Shown here: in pieces, positions 12,809 through 24,770 of the stretch
Layout of the letters: each line of letters opens with the position of its first letter
How positions within the stretch are numbered: position 1 is the stretch's first letter
From: Octopus vulgaris
Taxonomy: Eukaryota
NCBI GenBank assembly: GCA_951406725.2
Contig: OX597830.1
Location: forward strand, 38,316,001-38,380,000
Length of the DNA: 64,000 nt
Direction: 5' to 3'
The notes under the pieces: generated by a model
What the model saw: only the letters and a program-made list of their open reading frames with translations
Database searches by the model: none
Told to the model about the DNA's origin: nothing
Translations under genes and position numbers: made by a program

Positions 12809-14491
12809 GTGTATGGTCTGCCAAAAATTCATAAAAGTCAAATTATAAATGAAACCATTAAAAAATCACCAAAGACATACATACACACACCCAACCCGGG
12901 GGACCTAAAACTACGACCCTTTGTAGCTGGCCCATCCTGTGAAACACACAGACTAAGTCTACTTATGAACATCCTCCTGAAACCCTTCCTTAAACATATC
13001 GATAGCCATATCAGAGATGACTTAGATATGTTAAACCACCTTCCAAAAAAAGCCAAGGAAGAAACAATCCTGGTTTCATTTGATGTAGTAAAATTGTATA
13101 CCAGTATACCTCATGATTATGGACTGGAGGCAATACAGTTCTGGTTAGACCAATTTCCGGAAGAAATACCAAAAAGGATCAGTAAAGAATTCATTACTAA
13201 ATCAATTGAATTCATCCTACACAATAACCACTTCATGTTTGACAATACATTTTACCGTCAAAAATCCGGAATTGCTATGGGTACAAGGGCAGCACCAGTC
13301 ATTGCGAACTTAACAATGGGATACATGGAAATAATCATTTACCAGGAATCTTTATCAATCTTTGGAAACCCCCTCTCTCAATACATAAAAGAGAACTGGA
13401 AACGATTCTTGGACGATTGTTTTATTCTCTGGAATGAAAACACAGATAAACTCTTAAAATTTAAAATCCTATTGAACAGCATAAACCCAAATATACAGTT
13501 CACAATGGAATACAACCAAAAGCAGCTCCCGTTCTTGGATGTACTAATTAAAAAAATTAACCTTAAAATAGAAACAGACATTTTCTACAAAGCCACAGAC
13601 GCCAAACAATACCTTCTCTTTAATTCATGCCACCCAAGACACACAAAAACAAACATCCCCTTCAACCTTGCAAGAAGGATATGCACAATAGTGTCAGAAC
13701 AAAATACCAGGAACTTCAGACTGCAAGAACTCAAAAACACCTTAATTGACAGACATTACCCAGCTCAACTCATAGAGGATGGGATCAGACGTGCAACAGA
13801 AATCAACATAGAAACTTTAAGAAAAGTTCAACACAACAACACACCTTCTCCGAAAATACTACCTTACATATCTACATACAACCCCAGAAACAAAGAAGCT
13901 TTCACCATCATCACCCAGAATTTACCAATACTTCATAAAAACCCCAAATTAAAGGAAATTCTAAACATACACCAAATCATTAAAAGCTACTAACAGCCTA
14001 AATCACTTAAAAAGATTCTCACAAAGGCAAAATTATCTTCTGAAATTACGGATGCAAAAGTTAAAAAATGTGGTAGATCGAACTGTGCAACATGTCCTAA
14101 CCTACTAGAAGGATCAGAATACTTCTTTAAAGAGGGACAGAAATTCAAGATCAAATCTAACTTTACCTGTGCCTCTGAAAACATAATTTATGTCATAAAA
14201 TGCTCGGGCTGCCACCAAGACTACGTGGGGTCCACGGGACTATCACTCAGACGTAGATGCACACTGCATCGACAACAGATTGCATTCCCAGAATATAGAA
14301 TGATACATTTTAGTGAGCACATTGAGAAATGCGCAAAGCAACTACAACCACAATTTTTAATCTTTCCATTTTACCAATGTGCTTTCGGATCATCAACACA
14401 AATTAGACTAAACAAGGAAACATTCTTCATTGAAAAGTACAAACCCAGACTCAACTATCCAAACATAATAATACAGAGAAATTCACACTAA
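12809..14491 (+). pseudogene. Penelope-type RT + GIY-YIG endonuclease ORF with one in-frame stop (13991-13993)
   Basis: YGLPKIHK, LRP, SFDVVKLYTSIP, GIAMGT, RFLDDCF, LPFLDV and SCHP. The same frame continues past the TAA into CGRSNCATC...NIIYVIKCSGCHQDYVGST...RRRCTLH. Confidence 0.92.
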
Positions 14492-14626
14492 GAGAAAAAG
14501 GAAAAAAAAATTTTTAAAGCGATTATCTCCCTTACACCGGAAGAAATCACGCACTACCTTCCCTTATTTAGAACTCTCCGTAGCAAAAAACAAGGTTAAC
14601 GCTATTAAAGATAAACATTACGTCGC

Positions 14627-14665
14627 AAGAAATTTGAAGAGCTAAATGCGAAACCGGTCTTTCTT
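14627..14665 (+). ncRNA. Minimal type I hammerhead ribozyme motif in the Penelope pLTR
   Basis: aagaaa-t-TTGAAGA-gc-taaat-gc-GAAA-ccgg-TC-tttctt: stem I aagaaa/tttctt, palindromic stem III, C3-to-U core variant. Confidence 0.6.
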
Positions 14666-14795
14666 TAAAAATGATAAAATTATGTCATTATAAGAAGGGA
14701 AAAAAATTTTCCAATATTCTCCAGACATATTGACGCAAATATATATATTCTTTAACATTTAAGCCTTCTGTCGTTTTTTCACTCTTTACTATTTT

Positions 14796-14831
<36 letters not shown>

Positions 14832-14838
<7 letters not shown>

Positions 14839-16700
14839 TAATCCTTAAAATGTTTGGATATTAATAACAACACTTCGGTATAGAGTATACTTAGTAAAAC
14901 CAATAAAGACACAACTAACTTCGACTGACTACTACATACTCTCTTTATTAATAGTGACTAGGTTATTCCCTTCGTCACGTGGGAGGAGTGTATCATTATT
15001 ACTTATTCCTTACATATCCCCTTTTATGTTTTTCTTACGAAGTGTCATTTTATTTCGCAATAATCATTTTGGATTCACCCCCACTTCGATTTTTTTTCCA
15101 TTTTTTTTTTATTTTGCTTTCTTGTGATTTAATATCTTTGCTCTTGGCATCTATTTTTAGAAACTATGTATGTTTTCTTTTCCTTTCTCTTTACGCTTGG
15201 GTTCAATCAACTGCAGTGGCGTAGGTAGTTGGAACGTATCGTACAACCATTCCATCTGCTCCTCCAACTTTTTGGTTGGATTTTCACAAATCTCTTTTTC
15301 AGTTGTTTCCTGTGTCTTTTTTTGTATGCTTTTCTACTTTTTACCCAATGCATCATTTTAGCTATACATTCGGTAATTACTAAATCTTCCCAACTCAGTT
15401 TTCCATTCTTGTATGCCCTCATATACACCTTTTCACCAACTTTAAAGAGTCTTGCTATATCTTCCCTGGTACTTTCTTTTCTTGCCACGTAGCAATTTAT
15501 CATAGGCTGATTTTACCTTCCTTGCAAACATTAGCTCCACTTGTGAGGTACCAGTTGGTGTACACGCATTTCCTGTGACCCGGTATACTCTTAAAAATTG
15601 TTGTAGCTACCTCAATCTCGACTTCCTTATTCGTTTTTCTAAGGGCTCTTTTGAATGTATCGACAAAACGTTCTGTCTGTCCATTAGATCTGGGATGGTA
15701 TGATGCCGTAGTTATTTGTTCTACTTTGAAGGTTTCAATTTTTTTTGAATTCGATAGACAAAAATTGCGATCTACTGTCAGACTCTGTCGTACCTGGGAT
15801 GACAAACCTTGCAAAATATTATCTTCGTGTAAAAATATTATCACAGTTGAGGAGGTTGGCTTTTAACACATACAAATTTCAGACCATTTCGAGAAACTAT
15901 CAAATACTACTAAGTAATAAGAATCATTTAAAGGACCAGCGAAATCGATGTATAGTCTCGATAATGGAACATTTACTTTTATATTGATCGTGGGCAATTT
16001 TCCCTTTTATTTTGTCTTACATACAGGTGTTTCATTCTGTTTTACTGGAATGTTTCGTTTCAGTCACTCAACCACATTCGAACCTTCGACTGAAACGACA
16101 TTATTTCCCCACAAAATACATATAGGCGAATCCCGTAACTTCAACAGTTCCATACACTCTGTATTGAATAAATTAAATGAACTTTTTAACAGGTATATCT
16201 TTGCCTTTTCCGTTTGCCCTCGAAATGTGGCATTACATACGAATTCACCGTAAAAATATAATCGTTTTCCTGTAACACAGTGTGCTAATTTTTCGAGCTT
16301 CTATTAACTCCACGTGAATTGGCTTATCCTTGTCGAGTTTAATAATTCCTCGTGAGTTGTGTAATTCCTTGTCGCCACGGTTATATCTTTATTATTTTGG
16401 ATTGTTATAACGGCATTTCGGTATATAGTATACTTAGTAAAACCAGTAAAGACACGACAAACTCTTCGAGCGCCTACTAAGTACTCTCTTTACCTATAGT
16501 GACTAGGTTATTCCATTCGTTACGCAGGAGGGGTGTACCAATATTACTAATTCCCTAGAACATCTCCCCTTTTAAGTCTTTGTTACGAAGTGTCATTTTA
16601 TTTCGCAGTAATCTTTTTTTTCACCACACCACCCGTTTTTTAGTTCGTTTGTTTTTTTCTTTCTCCGTGAGATATTGTGAGCAAGGATAGACTACACATC
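14832..16700 (-). mobile_element. Internally deleted Gypsy-type LTR retrotransposon (LTRs ~14832-15014 and ~16380-16562)
   Basis: Diverged ~180-bp direct repeats; the left one has TG...CA ends. PBS-like tggcgac (minus strand, 16371-16377) and a polypurine tract next to the LTR. Integrase remnant ITTASYHPRSNGQTERFVDTFKRALRK. Confidence 0.82.
15500..15844 (-). pseudogene. Gypsy integrase core fragment
   Basis: YHPRSNGQTERFVDTFK motif typical of rve integrases, in a frameshifted context. Confidence 0.8.
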
Positions 16701-18030
16701 TTTTGACGGTTTTGATTGTTCTGTTGCCTTCATTTTGCAATTATGTGGCTTGTGTAATCGCATGAAAATTAAGTATATCACCGTTTTCTTCTTATATGAA
16801 TAATATACAATGTATAATAAATATCTTCCGTTGTTTCAAGCGTCGATATTTTAATCTCAAAATATATGTAGCCCAACCATCGGATATTTACTGCTCTTGT
16901 GACATTGTGTGAGTCCAGTATTGAAATAACATACGTATATACATATTGTAATAATGGCTTATATATTTGCGAGCATGGGTTTAATATCTGAGAGGATGGA
17001 TGAAAACGGGTTCCACCTTAGCACAGAAATTTATGGATATAAAATAAAATCGTTCTTTTTAGTGTAAATTTTAAAATTTACAGACATACTCGTGCACGCG
17101 CACACACACGCACACACATACTCACACACACGTACGTGTACGCCCAAACATACCTCTTGCGAAATACCCCACCATCTACATAAAATTCCGAGGTTAAATA
17201 ACAGAACTGCCATTTAATTGTTGCATATTGAAACGCTATTTTCCAGTTTTTAATGTCAATCTACCTGTTTACACAATACATTTAATGGCACCAGTAGACT
17301 TACAAATCCCCTTTGCAATGCATACAACAATAACTCTGTAAATTCAAACACTGTGGGTGAAAATGCAAATTTAGAAACATTTTATGAAGGAAAAACTGAA
17401 CCTTTGCAATGTGGAATATCCAAACCAAGAGAACCACAAACAATGAATTAGGGGTACTGGTGATGTTCATTATAGATTTTGTTTTCCTATTAACTTGTAC
17501 TTGATTCGCGAGATAAAATATTCACGTGTTGCATCTTGCATTAACCAGCAAGTAAATCAATCAAATAACGTAATATCTCACTTGAGAAAAGTATGTTTTT
17601 TTTTCCTGTAATGGCAAGGTTCTCAGATAAATTACTTTCCGGTCTGCCAAACTTAAACCTTTCTCACCCAAACCAGCACACTGCCAGACTATACGAATCT
17701 GTGCGTAATAAGCTGGAGATCAAATGGACATGATCAGTTATATCGTCCGTCACGTGTAAGATCGTTGATTTTAGAGTTTGGAGACAGTCACCAATGTATG
17801 TTCCAAACAAAACCTTGTTATCCTTCAGATTTAGAAAATAGCTCAGAAGCGAGGCAAATGATTTTCATCTGGCCTACAACAAAGTTATATAATTTTAAGT
17901 GTCGATACAGATCAGATCAAGAACAAAAATGTGCATCTCTCTCTCTATCTCTCTCTCTCTCTATCTATCTATCTGTCCATCTCTCTCTCTCTCTCTCTCA
18001 ATCTCTCTTTCTCTCTATCTCTCTCTTTTA

Positions 18031-18074
<44 letters not shown>

Positions 18075-18105
18075 GTACATATATGTATACATATGCATGT
18101 ATATA

Positions 18106-18141
<36 letters not shown>

Positions 18142-18194
18142 TGTATGTGTGAATGTATGTATGTACTATGTGCTTGTGTGTGTGTATGTACATA

Positions 18195-18337
18195 TCATTG
18201 TGCCTGGGGAGAATCATTTTCTTTTAATGTCTTATTATTTAACACACTCACCATTTCAATTTCCACTCATTTACTTATTTATTTTTTGTTAAAGTTTCGT
18301 CGCGCCTTGTAACCTATCCAATAGTCGTTGATTCTGG

Positions 18338-18340
<3 letters not shown>
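18195..18340. repeat. Dispersed repeat fragment (homologue at 63715-63860, partial at ~46480-46530)
   Basis: Shared cattttc.tttaatg.cttatt..ttaacacactcacc..ttt.atttccactcatttactt..tattttt...aagtttc. Confidence 0.6.
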
Positions 18341-18385
<45 letters not shown>

Positions 18386-19164
18386 GGGGGGTGTATGTAG
18401 GTATGGGAAGTTAAATAACATTTTGCAGAGGAGGATTGCGCCTCTGAGGAAACGGGACACAAACCGAAATCGGTGTAATTATTTGCCAACGAAATTAGGT
18501 CTGCAGATTCTCTCATCGTCCCAGTGGTTCAACAGCTTTCTCCATAGTGATAGCAAGAGAGTTAGCAAGGAATACGTATAACAAATATTGCCAAGTCTTC
18601 TGTGAACACAGTACAGAGAAACTGATTAGGCGCATAATTAAATTCAGGTCTCACCACATGATCCCCGATATAACTTTCGATACCCCAGAATCTACTGGAG
18701 CAAAAAATGATTTTAAACATTACTCGTAAGTTCGCTCCGATAGATTTCCCCGGAGGAGAGAAACTTACATCTTCTCTGTCAAATCATATGTAAAAATTGC
18801 TACACACTGAATTTATGCACTTCATTATTTTCATGAATGAAAACGGAAAACTATTTCACAAAAATATTTTACACCAGTTCTGCCTCAAAAATTAGCTTAG
18901 AGATCAACATCTGGAAAGCTTAGTCGCGTACACGTTAATTCATGCCATTATCTATTTCACTGATCAGGTGACCCCCCCACCCCTGTTTAACGAAAATCAG
19001 CAGATTGTAATGGAGTCGACCAGAAAATGCTAGTTGCTCAAAGTCACACAGTGGGATCGAAATAACTTCCTCGGGATTCAAAATGAACTTCTAAAATAGA
19101 AATTGAACACACTGTCCAGTACATAGGCGCCCGCGCACACACATACACACACATTAAATGTTGT

Positions 19165-19680
19165 TTTCATAAGGCCAGTAATTTCGGGGAAGTGGGAAAT
19201 CGATCACCTCGACTCCCGCTGTTCAGCTGGTACTCAAGAACCCGAAATGGGAAAGGTGAAGTCAACGTAGGCCGTATTTGAACTCACAACGTAACGGCGG
19301 AAGGAGTGCTGCTAAGCATTTTCTCAGACGTGCTAACGAATCTGCACGATCGCTGAATAGTACATATGTATTTTAAATATTGGTTTCAAATGTTGGCCTA
19401 CAGCCAGCAATTCCGAGTGAGCGGATTAATCGTTTACATCGACCACAGATATCAACTAATATTTATTTCATCGATCTCGAAGGGATGGAAGGCAAAGTTG
19501 ACCTTATCTGAAATTGAACTCAGAACGTAAAGAAAGACAAAATACTCTAAAGCATTTTGTCAGGTGTGTGAAGGGTTCTGCCAGTTCACCGCCTAAAATA
19601 TATATTTTAAATACTGATTTCAAATTTCGGAGAAGGAGGAAAGTCCATTACATTGGCTCCTTTACTCAACTGGTACGAGT
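19165..19680 (-). mobile_element. Tandem degenerate family-B SINE units
   Basis: Repeated tttgaactca.aacgtaa...gtgctaacga and tattttaaata.tg.tttcaaat blocks about 210-230 bp apart. Confidence 0.6.
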
Positions 19681-19921
19681 TCTGCCTTAAAATTGGGTCA
19701 GAGATCAACATGTAGAATGTTCAGCTAAATACACGTTAATTCATACGATTGCTTATTTCACTGATTAACGGAAAGGAATACAAAACATACATGCTCAAAA
19801 AGGACAAACATTTCGATGAACCTAATTACCTCGAGTATTCGAAGTGATTTTTTAAAAAAACGAATCGAAGCACTGCGACTACTTAAAATATAGAATTATA
19901 TACAGACACACACACACACAT

Positions 19922-19971
<50 letters not shown>

Positions 19972-19994
19972 TTCACATTCAGATATATATATAT

Positions 19995-20190
19995 ATTTGA
20001 GAATTTTAGAAAATCAAAAGTTGAAGACAGGGGTATGAACAACAGGCAAGTGTTTTAGTTTGACGCACGGGAAAATGAAAAGTCTTTAACGTTTCGAGCA
20101 TACGCTCTTCAACAGAAAGGATTAAGAAAAAATATATAGAGACAGAATGAAAAAAAATTGTAGATTTTACCGGTCAATCATGGCGAATGA
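19995..20190 (-). mobile_element. Solo Penelope pLTR-like fragment with hammerhead motif (20084-20119)
   Basis: Minus strand cttt-CTGTTGA-a-gagc-gtat-gctc-GAAA-cg-TT-aaag. Next to (TA)n; same design as the 35360-35395 motif. Confidence 0.6.
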
Positions 20191-20224
20191 TTGGAAAGGA
20201 AAAACGGGTTGAAAGAAAGGGTGA

Positions 20225-20287
<63 letters not shown>

Positions 20288-20309
20288 TAATAATAATAAT
20301 AATAATAAT

Positions 20310-20750
20310 ATATTGGTTTCCCAATTTCGCACCGGACCAGGAATTCCGAAAGAGCGGGAAAATCGATCACATCTACTCCCGGTGCTCGATCGTCGTCATA
20401 TCTTTTGATCCGGAAATGATGGGAATTGAAGGTGAACCTTGTGAGTGTTTGAACGCACAACATGACGATCGAAGAAATGCTGCTGAGCACTCTATCCGGC
20501 GTGCTCTCGCCGTCAAGAACATATATTTTAAATATTGATTTCAAATTTTGGTGAATATCATCAATTTCCGGGGATGGGTTAAATCGATTACATCGACCTT
20601 AGTGTTCAATTGGCACATATTTTATATGCCCCGAAAGGGGATGAAAGATAAAGTCGACCTCGGCGGAATTTGAACTGAGAATATGAAGACGAACCAAATA
20701 CTGCCTATCATTCTATCTGGTGTGCTAACGATTCTGCCAGCTCTCCGACT
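20310..20750 (-). mobile_element. Two tandem family-B SINE copies
   Basis: aaagtcgacctcggcggaatttgaact...gtgctaacgattctgccagctc at ~20650-20745, and a more decayed unit at 20310-20515. Confidence 0.7.
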
Positions 20751-20782
20751 AGAATATATATTATAAACATTGAACATATACT

Positions 20783-21146
20783 CTTTTACTTGTTTCAGTC
20801 ATTTGACTGCGACCATGCTTGAGCACCACCTTTTAGTCGAACAAATCGACCCCAGGACTTATTCTTTGTAAGTTTAGTACTTATTCTAACAGTTTCATTT
20901 GCCGACCCGCTAAGTTACGGGGACGTAAACACACCAGCATCGAATGTCAAGCGATGTTGGGGTGACAAACACACAACACACACATACACACACACACATA
21001 CATATATACATATACACGATGGGCTTCTTTCAGTTTCCGTCTACCAAATCCACTCACAAGGCTTGCCCGAGGTGCTACGCAGTGGGGCTGAACCCGGAAC
21101 CATGTGGCTGGTAAGTAAGCTACTTACCACACAGCCACTCCTGCGC
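20783..21146 (-). mobile_element. SINE family A (internal deletion)
   Basis: Reverse complement of the 5151-5587 family. Confidence 0.85.
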
Positions 21147-21553
21147 CTATATATATAATTATCACTATGTGTGTGTGAGTGCGTGTGTATGTGTGTATTT
21201 TTTAGAAACACACACACATAACTGCAAATATATGCACATATATACAAAGAATATATAATTATACATGTCTTCATATTATATTTGTAAGGAAACTTGTAAA
21301 ACTTATTCTGCGATACACAATTTTCCATAAAATCCAAGGTCTCTTTTCTATTTAGTAAGTAAAAAAAGAAAGACACAAAGACTCTTTTCAATAGATGTTA
21401 ATTATAGCTTGCTCTAAGTATATGAAAAAGATGAGTCATGAAATAAAGTATGTCCTATATACAACTCCACGTTAATGCACACACATACACGCATACAGAC
21501 GGATGCATGTATATGGTATTAAACTTCTAAATTCACAGCCGCATATATATATA

Positions 21554-21605
<52 letters not shown>

Positions 21606-21763
21606 ATAAAATAAATATAAGAGAGTGGTCACTATATTGATCACCCTAGCACCAGTTAATCCAAAAGGTTTCAACCACGAAAAATACATGTTTCCCATGA
21701 AAGCCAGTACGACTGTTAGCTCACACGGACAGGGCAAATAAAAAATAACAAAAATACAGATTA

Positions 21764-21843
21764 TTTTGGGACAATTGTTTCGCTATTAATGAATTAAATG
21801 TAATATTACTTACAATAATCCATTTGTAGCTCTTCAGCCAAGA
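21764..21843 (-). ncRNA. Type I hammerhead ribozyme
   Basis: Minus strand ttgg-CTGAAGA-gcta-(~40 nt loop)-tagc-GAAA-caattg-TC-ccaa: intact core, GUC site, palindromic stem III. Confidence 0.8.
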
Positions 21844-22297
21844 CTATCTGGATGAAATCCACTCAATCACACGCCAGATTTTACCATAACGATAAATACG
21901 CGTGCGGTTCAATTGATTACATCGGACGTTATAATTCAAATGCCCCAACCAACAGCGCGCCAAACTCTCACGGAAAACAAATACAGCATTTAGAAATAAA
22001 TGCAGCATAATTATAATTAATTAATAAGGGTGAGAGAATTAGATACTAATTTAATAGTATATTTATTCCACACCAAGTGGCCTAGTGCTACGAGAAACCT
22101 GGATTATTATAATATTTTATAACATATTATAATATTTTCACAAAATAAATATAAGAGAGTGGTCACTATATTGATCACCCTAGCACCAGTTAATCCAAAA
22201 GGTTTCAACCACGAAAAATACATGTTTCCCATGAAAGCCAGTACGACTGTTAGCTCACACGGACAGGGCAAATAAAAAATAACAAAAATACAGATTA

Positions 22298-22377
22298 TTT
22301 TGGGACAATTGTTTCGCTATTAATGAATTAAATGTAATATTACTTACAATAATCCATTTGTAGCTCTTCAGCCAAGA
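22298..22377 (-). ncRNA. Type I hammerhead ribozyme (second tandem copy)
   Basis: Identical to 21764-21843. Confidence 0.8.
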
Positions 22378-23165
22378 CTATCTGGATGAAATCCACTCAA
22401 TCACACGCCAGATTTTACCATAACGATAAATACGCGTGCGGTTCAATTGATTACATCGGACGTTATAATTCAAATGCCCCAACCAACAGCGCGCCAAACT
22501 CTCACGGAAAACAAATACAGCATTTAGAAATAAATGCAGCATATTACATTTAATTCATTAATAGCGAAACAATTGTCCCAAAATAATCTGTATTTTTGTT
22601 ATTTTTTATTTGCCCTGTCCGTGTGAGCTAACAGTCGTACTGGCTTTCATGGGAAACATGTATTTTTCGTGGTTGAAACCTTTTGGATTAACTGGTGCTA
22701 GGGTGATCAATATAGTGACCACTCTCTTATATTTATTTTGTGAAAATATTATAATATGTTATAAAATATTATAATAATCCAGGTTTCTCGTAGCACTAGG
22801 CCACTTGGTGTGGAATAAATATACTATTAAATTAGTATCTAATTCTCTCACCCTTATTAATTAATTACATATATATATATATATATACGCATGTATGTAT
22901 ACATACATGAAGTATCTTTTTTTTTATATACGCATATATATATAAGTGGTGCATATGTATCTATATAATTGATGAAGAAAAATTGAGGTAAAGAACAGTT
23001 CCATGCAATAATATAGAGTATACATTACGCATTTAATAGATGTACTATAGCTTAGTTACATTGCAAATCAAACTTTTTCCTGTTTCCACATCTTCATTTA
23101 AAGTATCAAAGATTTTCTTCATATCCCTTGCTATATTACGTAAATGTAGGATTCCAACATCATCA

Positions 23166-24262
23166 GGCGTAGGAGTGGCTGTGTGGTAAGTAGAAAGAAG
23201 AAGAACGGGTCATCGCAGAGGGGAGATGATGTGCGGTCTGCATGTCCCGAAGTTGTGCCACCCACGGTGGAAGAAACGACCCCCACCCTTAAATATGATC
23301 AATTAATTATCATTTTCTACAAGGGCGGGGAGGTGGAAAGAATAGTAGAAGAACATAAAAAGACAGTAGATATGCCCTTCACACGGGATCCCGAATGGTC
23401 TCCATAGATAGCTGTGGAGGTCATTAGGTTTCCCTTGTGGGAAACGCTTAAAGGATTTGAGGAGGAGTGTCGCATATGTCCGGATGGCCCTTACACGACT
23501 TACATGTCCTATATGAGTGAGGCACGGGAAATGGCGGGATACAGGAACTCAAGCGGCATTGAACATAATGATGAATATATCGATGGATATATCGAAGAGT
23601 AGGAGGTGAAAAAGCCTCGTTAGAGGGTTTGAAACTTCATCTTATTGTATTATTTGTAATGGTTTATAACCTCAATTGTGTTTTTTAAAAAAAAAACATG
23701 TTAAGTAAGAGGTTTTAGTGCCTCCTTCTTGTAAGAGGTCTGAAACCGCACATTGATTTTTAAATAAAAAGAAAACATGTTTTCGAGAAAAATCCAATCG
23801 GCGGGTGTTGGGTTCCGTCTCTCATTTATTCATTTTATTTAATTTTCATTCATTAATGTATTTGTCAAGCCCGCAAAGCTACACACTCCTTGTACTGCCT
23901 GTAATGACAAATCTTATGAAATAAAGTAGCTTGCTTAGCAACCACATGTTTCCGGGTTCAGTACTGGCCGACTATAGCCTTGTGAGTGGATTTGGTAGTC
24001 GGAAACTGAAAGAAGCATGTCGTATATATGTATATATATATGTGTGTATATATATGTGTTTGTGTGTCTGTGTTTGTCCCCACCAACATCGCTTGACAAC
24101 CAATGCTAGTGTGTTTACGTCCCGGTAACTTAGCAGTTCGGCAAAAGAGATCGACAGAATAAGTACTAGGCTCACAAAGAATAAGTCCTGGGGTAGATTT
24201 GCTCGACTAAAGGCTGTGCTCCAGCATGGCCACAGTTAAATTACTGAAACAAGTAAAAGAGT
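23166..24262 (+). mobile_element. SINE family A split by a ~730-bp insertion
   Basis: Head ggcgtaggagtggctgtgtggtaagtag (to 23193) resumes as aagtagcttgcttagcaaccacatg (~23924) and runs to the tail at 24262. Confidence 0.8.
23194..23925 (+). mobile_element. Retroposed insert with ORF remnant, 3' UTR and terminal AATAAA; aagtag target-site duplication
   Basis: ORFs 23183-23407 and 23414-23602 share one frame separated by a single TAG. The insert ends gaaataaa, and aagtag is duplicated at both junctions. Confidence 0.6.
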
Positions 24263-24482
24263 TAATAATATTTACGTTTAAAACTCGTATGTTTCCATAT
24301 GTGTTTCTGAAGTAGTCGGCATATGTATGAGAACATTTTCATATAATTGTTTATGCAAGGTAAAATAGGCTCTACATTTTCTTTTACTTGTCTCAGTTTT
24401 TAGAATGCGGCCATACTGGGATACTACTCTTAACACAAACACAGACACAGACGCACACAGACTACGCGCCCGCGCACACACA

Positions 24483-24588
<106 letters not shown>

Positions 24589-24609
24589 TGCAGATGTATA
24601 TGCACGTAT

Positions 24610-24770
24610 GTACGACGGGCTACTTCCAATCTCCATCAAGCAAATTCATTAACAAGGATTTCTTTGGCCCGAGACTATTGCAGAAAATATTTTCCCGAGG
24701 TGACATACAGTAGGACTGAACCACACACCGTTGTGACTGAGAAGCAAGCATCTTACTAGACAGCCCCATA
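24610..24770 (-). mobile_element. Degenerate SINE family A head
   Basis: acgacgggctacttcc...aaattcattaacaagg...ggactgaacc, homologous to 21015-21140. Confidence 0.55.

Larger units (their letters stand above)
12541..14803 (+). mobile_element. Penelope-like element, 5'-truncated, with inverted pseudo-LTRs (12541-12813 and 14533-14803), in (TA)n
   Basis: ~270-bp near-perfect inverted repeats flank an RT + GIY-YIG ORF. (TA)n tracts lie outside both ends. Confidence 0.92.
21605..22868 (-). mobile_element. Non-coding retrozyme-like element: 534-bp tandem unit (~1.75 copies) plus inverted segment 22541-22868, in (TA)n
   Basis: 21608-22008 repeats 534 bp downstream at 22142-22542. 22541-22868 is the reverse complement of ~22015-22342. 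One hammerhead per unit; (TA)n flanks. Confidence 0.85.

Noticed and set aside
21605-22868. CRISPR-like array or DNA transposon with terminal inverted repeats (also 38878-40277)
   Set aside because: No repeat-spacer pattern. The inverted arms are asymmetric partial copies of a tandem unit, which fits Penelope-type inversion better.
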